From NCBI GenBank assembly GCA_964016885.1, contig OZ024743.1, positions 279,558,001 through 279,622,000 on the forward strand: a DNA stretch of 64,000 bases, read 5' to 3'. A program made the position numbers and the translations under genes. Below are positions 57,385 to 64,000 of this stretch, piece by piece; the stretch's first letter is position 1, and the number at the start of each line of letters is the position of its first letter. A model generated the notes under the pieces. The model made no database searches, was not told where the DNA came from, and saw only the letters and a list, made by a program, of their open reading frames with translations. This DNA is from Eledone cirrhosa. Lineage: Eukaryota.

Positions 57385-58270
57385 TATTTATTAAAATAAT
57401 AGATTAAAGTTTAAGCAAAGAATCGCTGCTTTCACCCTTAACGGGATCTAATGAAACTAACAAAGTCAATCTGTAAACGCAGAAGTGGATATTTCAAAAA
57501 ACGTTGCAACCGGAGGAAGACAGGAAGACGATACTTTGGTTCATGGAAACGTTCATAGAAACGTTCCCTGGCAAAGAACAGGAAAAAACGAATATAATAC
57601 GTCATTAATAGGATCGGTGAAAAACAATTACACGCAAAGACAGGACCCCGTTTATGGTATAAACGAAGTCATAGGCTAATGTTCTCTTAAGTGGTTCATA
57701 GAGACGTTCTCGGGCAATGAACGGAAAAACGAAGATAATACGTCATATGTGAAGCGCGGAGAACAATTGCACGCAAACACAAAACCACGTAAATGGTATA
57801 GCTGAAGTCGTAGACTAAAATTCTAACTAGGAAACCGAATGATTCTCCGCTTCAGAGTTAAGAATAAAGTAAATAAAATACAATACAGAGGTAATTGAAA
57901 TGAAATAAATACATACACGCGTCCAAATACGTACATACACAAGCATACGCGAAAACACTCGCCATAGGTATACAAAACCACGCAGAACATTAGTCTACGA
58001 CTTCTTTTATACCATAAACGTGCTCCTGTCTTTGCGTGTAATTGTTTTTCACCGCTTCTATTAATGACGTATTATATTCGTTTTTTCCCGTTCTTTGCCA
58101 AGGAACGTTTCCACGAACCAAAGTATCGTCTTCCTGTCTTCCTCCGGTTGCAACGTTTTTTGAAATATCCAGTTCTGCGTTTACAGATTGACTTTGTTAG
58201 TTTCAGAAGATCACGTTAAGGGTGAAAGCAGCGATTCTTTGCTTAAAATTTAATCTATTTTAATAAATAT
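57385..58270. mobile_element. Foldback element with ~290-bp inverted arms and an internal ~140-bp tandem repeat
   Basis: 57385-57685 inverts 57984-58270. 57538-57685 approximately equals 57693-57825. Confidence 0.88.
58199..58249 (+). ncRNA. Hammerhead-like fold with variant core CAGAAGA
   Basis: Three-copy consensus agttt CAGAAGA t ccc gttaa ggg t GAAA gca gcgattctt tgc TT aaact. Confidence 0.5.
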
Positions 58271-58356
58271 TTACTCTACGGTTCTTATATATTCGATATA
58301 TATTTATCCTTATCGAGCCCTCTTGGGATTTTAGTCTTCAAATTTATTATTATTAC

Positions 58357-58447
<91 letters not shown>

Positions 58448-58450
58448 ATT

Positions 58451-58482
<32 letters not shown>

Positions 58483-58797
58483 CGTGCGTGTGGGTGTATG
58501 AGTGTATGTATGTGTGCGTGTATGTGTATGTTTGTGTGTGTCTGGGTGTGTGTATGTCACACAAATTCATATTGTGCTCAGTTCAATCGGAAAAATCGGC
58601 TACAAACCTTTCCTTATATATACCATTGTAATAAAACACATGAAACAATGCTAGATTTGTTTGTTGATGAAGTTAATATCTTACGCCGAACCATCTCGCT
58701 CTCTCTCTCACTCACTCTCTCTCTATCTCTCTCACTCTCTCTCTCAAATATACAGAGTTCACAAGTTGGTCCATAGTAGAAAATCCGTCTCTCTCTC

Positions 58798-58857
<60 letters not shown>

Positions 58858-61287
58858 CATATATATATCCTTCCAGAGTAACAACATGGTTTCCAGGTCT
58901 CTTGTCCTAAAATTCCTGAGAATCCATCCCGCCAGTTGCCTAGACTTTGTTCTCTTTTGGTTATGTGTGCATGAAACGATGCATCATTGCGCATGTCAAT
59001 ACACAGTTCACACATTGATTTTGAGTTGAGGATATCGGTTCCTACTGGTTCAGTGTACCTTTTTCGTGGTGGTCCTACGTTTGTGAGTTGGTAGGGAAGG
59101 GCTTGAAACTTACATGCGTTAAACTGAATATTACTGTATACATTCCTTTCTTATGTGGCATCTAAATCTTGTAAGGGTGCAACTTCAGTCGGTTTCTTGA
59201 CTACCTCTATTACTTTCGCATTAACAGCATAACATTATATATATATTTATATATCTGTGTATGTTTGTGGGGGTGGGTGATGTATGTGTGTGTGCCTGTG
59301 TGTCAGTGTGTGTTTGTGTGTGTGTGTGTGTGCGTGTAGTTTCAGTATACTAATACGGAATAAATTATGTTATATTATATATTATTTATTAGAAGCTAAA
59401 TATTTTACATTCTTTGTTCTCTAACCTCAATATGAAGCAGAGTTTCTAATATAATATAGCATCATATAATGATATATTATTCATATACGTATACGGTCTA
59501 TCGGAGAGGTATACATGGGAAGTAACTACATTAAGGTGACAAAAATAATAACGTAATTATCTTTTGTAAAAGTCAATCAAAATTGATACGCTTATGAGTA
59601 TGATAAACTTTAGTTCAATATCCATCATGCAAGTTTGGTGGGGTCTATTGTTTTCTACGTATTTGTGGAAGAATTATTGGGATAGGTGTGTTGGGCCACA
59701 AGGAATTCACTTTTATATATATACAATATACCCTGTTTCTCGTGCGATATATGGCTGTTTCTCTCTCTTTATTTGGTTATGTATATGTATATATATATAT
59801 GCGCGTGTGTGTGTGTATGTGTGTATGTGTGTGTGTGTCTATGTGTGTATGCGTGTGTATGCGTGTGTATGTGTGTGTGTGTGTTTGTGTACTTACACCT
59901 ACGCAAGCACAGATTGCCCATCTGTGTACATTTATATGTATATATATACATATATATGCATGTGTGTGTGTGTGCGCGCGCGTGTGTGTGTGCTAGCGCA
60001 TGTGTGTGTATGAATGTATGTATAAATATATATATATGTATATAATACACACACACATGTATGTATATGAATGTCTAGAGCCTTTTGTTATTGTTTATGT
60101 TGCTTTCCTGAAACCCCCGCCTCAAAAAATTTACCCAGTTCTTTTGATTGCAACGTACATATGTTTTTTGTCTTTCATGTTTCACAACAAAGGGCGAAGC
60201 AAATGAAAGAAAAACACATATTAAATCGCTCCAATGACTTTTTGACGTGAAACTACGCTTGTAAGATCAGCTGACGATTCTTGCCATGTCTCATCTGAAG
60301 ACAATGATATGGAAATGCCTTGGCCAAAGGATAGACACACGTGTGACGTACAAGTTGTTTGTAGACGAAGCGACAAAAGTTTTTAAGTGACTATCAGTGT
60401 GTATATATGACTGCCCTTTTATATGCATGTATGTATGTATATATGTATGTAAGTATGTAGGTAGGTAGGTAGGTAGGTAGGAGGTAGGTAGGTAGGTATA
60501 TAAGTATGTATGTATGGACGTGTATATATATGTATCTATGTATATATGTATGCATGTACCATTGTCTCTACGTGTGTACGTACGTATGAATATATGCATG
60601 TATGTATGTGTGTATTTATGTATGTATGTGTGTATGTATGTATGAGTGTGTGTATGTATGTATGTATGTATATATGTATGTATGTATGTATATATGTATG
60701 CATGACTGTTTTTATGTATTTATATATTGGGTCGGCATTTGTAGAAATTTCATTTCAACAAATTCTACAAATTTCATACTTGACGAGCCAGTATATATGT
60801 ATGTGCGCATGTACCTATAGAAATGTATATACATATATATATGTATAAATATGTATATACACACAAATATATACATATATATGTATATGTATATATGTGT
60901 GTGTATGTCTGTGTGTTTGTGTGTGGGGTTGGGTGTGGGGTGTATCAAATTACAATTACGAGGACAAAAAATAAACCTATATTTTTCTTCATAACCCCGT
61001 CTGCAATTTCGCTAACTGGTGTGCAGTAATCGTGCACCAAAGCTGTGAGGTTACCGGCTCACCAAGAGACCCTTCAAGTGAACGGAATACTTCATGAACT
61101 GACTGTTACAGGTGAATAATTTTCGGGAGGGAGATATTATGTAAAAATATATGAAAATCTGTAAAACATTATAGAAATGCTGCGTGTAATAATTGAATAT
61201 ACACGCGTAGAGATACAGAAAAATATGCGTGAGTACACCTATAACACAAAACATACATATTCAAAAATGCAATAACATCTCTACCTG

Positions 61288-61388
<101 letters not shown>

Positions 61389-61764
61389 ACACACACACAC
61401 ACACAAACACAAACACACACACACAAACACACACATACACACACAAACACACACACACACATACACACAACTAAACACACACACATACACAAATACTTAC
61501 ATGCATACATACCTAGTTAGCCAACAAATGATTCATGTTTATATATTAGAAACCGGCTCTATCTATATAAATCAGAACCTACATATATATACATGCATGT
61601 ACATATACGTACATACATACATAAAAGTGGAAGAAATTTATGGATATTATATTAGCCAACCCCATTATGTTACATATTCAGTCATGTAAAAAAAATATTT
61701 ACACTCGCCTAATCAACACGATCTACCAAACTCCGAGAAGCAACACATAACAATCTCAGTAAAA

Positions 61765-62372
61765 TAATGATTTCTACACAAGGCCAGCAATTATTGGGGA
61801 GGGGATAATTAATTAGATCGACCCCCATCCATTATTGGTGCTTTCTTTTATCGACCACGTATGGATGAAAGGAACAGCTAAATTCGGCGGGGTTTGAACG
61901 CAGAACTTAAAGGAGAGCAAATCTGTGCTATTATCCGATACTCTATAGATATATTTGTATATTTGAAATCTAAGCATTCCAACGGAAATGTCAAAATAAT
62001 TGTTTCTAATTTTGGCACAAGGCCAGCAATTATCCCAGTGTATTTTATCGACTCTGTAAGGATGAAAGGCAAAGTTAACCACGGCGGGATTTGAACTCAG
62101 ACCGTAAAGGGACGTATCTATGCTGGAAAGCATGGCGTCTGACCCTCTACCGATACTGCCAATCCGTCAAAATAATAACCGACTACTATGATTAATTATT
62201 TCTACTTTTGGCACAAGGCCAGCAAATACGCAGTATATTACTGGTACTTTATTTTATCCACCCCGTAAGGATGAAAGGCAAAGTTAACCTCGACGGGATT
62301 TGAACTCAGACCGTAAATGGACGTAACTATGCTAGAAAGCATGGCGTCCAACCCTCTACCGATACTGCCAAT
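61765..62372 (-). mobile_element. Three tandem SINE family A copies
   Basis: Copies at ~61765-61915, 61995-62163 and 62195-62372. Confidence 0.9.
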
Positions 62373-63125
62373 TCAACGAGATAAAAATCTGCTGGTTATG
62401 GAAAAGGCGCACCCCTCATTTTGCACACGCCAAGCATGTGTGTTAAATCTCTAAATTAAACAGCAGATTGTCCCTAATTCAGATTTTAAGATTTGAAGCC
62501 TATCACTAGATTTGCGAACAATTTGAAAAACCCTATTGTAGACAGCTGCTTTCCACGTCAAAGATATGCAGAGTTCGATTCTTGGTAGTCGCCACTGCCC
62601 ACATCTTTTCGTCTCATCTCAATGTGTGTGTGTGAGTGTATGTGTGTGTGTATACATGCATACATATACATGCATGCGTAGATACATAGCTACTGACCTA
62701 TATATACTGTATATATGTATATATACACATTCATACTAAAAATCATGCATAAATACACGCAACTACATAGAGATATACATATAAATACACACATACATAT
62801 ATGCATAAATACAGCTACACCTACATATGGACATATATACACATATATGTGCCTGCATATATGCATACTCATAAATATATACTATTTGTATCATATATAG
62901 AATATATTGAGTGGTTTAGATGTACAGATGTGTACATAACAAGATCATTTATTCTTATTACAAGCTAAAATTATTCGGCCGATGCACAAAATATGCCTTA
63001 GGCAGTCCGCCATGAGGTTAATATTCTACTTCTAATGGTCTGTGATTGAGACGTTGTTTTCTTGACTGGATTCCTTAGAAGTTGCTCCATGTAAATCTAT
63101 CTGTCTATCTTTCTCACACACACTC

Positions 63126-63165
<40 letters not shown>

Positions 63166-63168
63166 TAA

Positions 63169-63205
<37 letters not shown>

Positions 63206-63217
63206 CACACAGGTACA

Positions 63218-63289
<72 letters not shown>

Positions 63290-63300
63290 TACATATATAC

Positions 63301-63413
<113 letters not shown>

Positions 63414-63605
63414 CACACACATATATATATGTATATTATATACATATATATATATTATTCTGTATCCTCTATCTTACTTTTGAACATCTTAATGAATTAT
63501 CTCCTTTGACAGCGTACGAATAATTCGAAAAAGAATTGTTAAGATTTATGTTCGAACATGCAAATACACAAATACACACACAGACAAAAGCTCGTACATA
63601 CAAAT

Positions 63606-63746
<141 letters not shown>

Positions 63747-64000
63747 TATAGATATATTCATATATATATATACATATGGGTATGTGTGCGTGTGTGTCTG
63801 TATATATATGTATATATATATATACACGCATAATAATACGTCGAAAATTTCATTAATTTTAGATGGAAGGTATATTCAAAGAATATATTATATAGCATAT
63901 TTCCAGTCTTATTGATTATTATGTATCCTAGAAGCCAAACAGTTGTTTCGTGGATATTCAGCTTACTTCGCGCTTCTTTGAACTGTTGATAAGTTCGCTT

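Noticed and set aside
60292-60325. Hammerhead at ctgaaga...gaaa
   Set aside because: Stem II is only 2 bp and stems I and III are unconvincing.
61765-62372. CRISPR-like array
   Set aside because: Repeats are ~170-bp SINEs in eukaryotic DNA, with no short repeat-spacer pattern and no cas genes.

Overview
AT-rich, repeat-saturated animal genomic DNA with no host protein-coding exon that I can support. The dominant tRNA-derived SINE looks like octopod cephalopod SINEs, but the organism is an inference. Nearly all long ORFs in the track are microsatellite or antisense artefacts. Recognisable elements: a decayed RTE-clade LINE (~4.99-7.17 kb, +), a 5'-truncated and 5'-inverted RTE-like LINE (17.85-18.70 kb), a near full-length frameshifted L1/Tx1-clade LINE (44.46-49.50 kb, -), a Penelope-like (PLE) GIY-YIG 3' fragment (12.8-13.1 kb, -), two tRNA-SINE families, a hAT MITE with an 8-bp TSD, and non-autonomous Helitrons. 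The most striking signal is non-coding. About ten sequence-unrelated families of short elements, mostly embedded in (TA)n arrays, each carry a type I hammerhead ribozyme fold (CTGANGA-stemII-GAAA-stemIII-NTH). They occur as ~320-630 bp tandem or terminally repeated units and as long foldback palindromes, several of which turn around on the ribozyme's own hairpins. This resembles PLE pseudo-LTRs or metazoan retrozymes. Recurrent unusual core features are a U.U pair closing stem II in four families and a CAGAAGA core in one family. Folds were identified by eye and coordinates of decayed elements are approximate.
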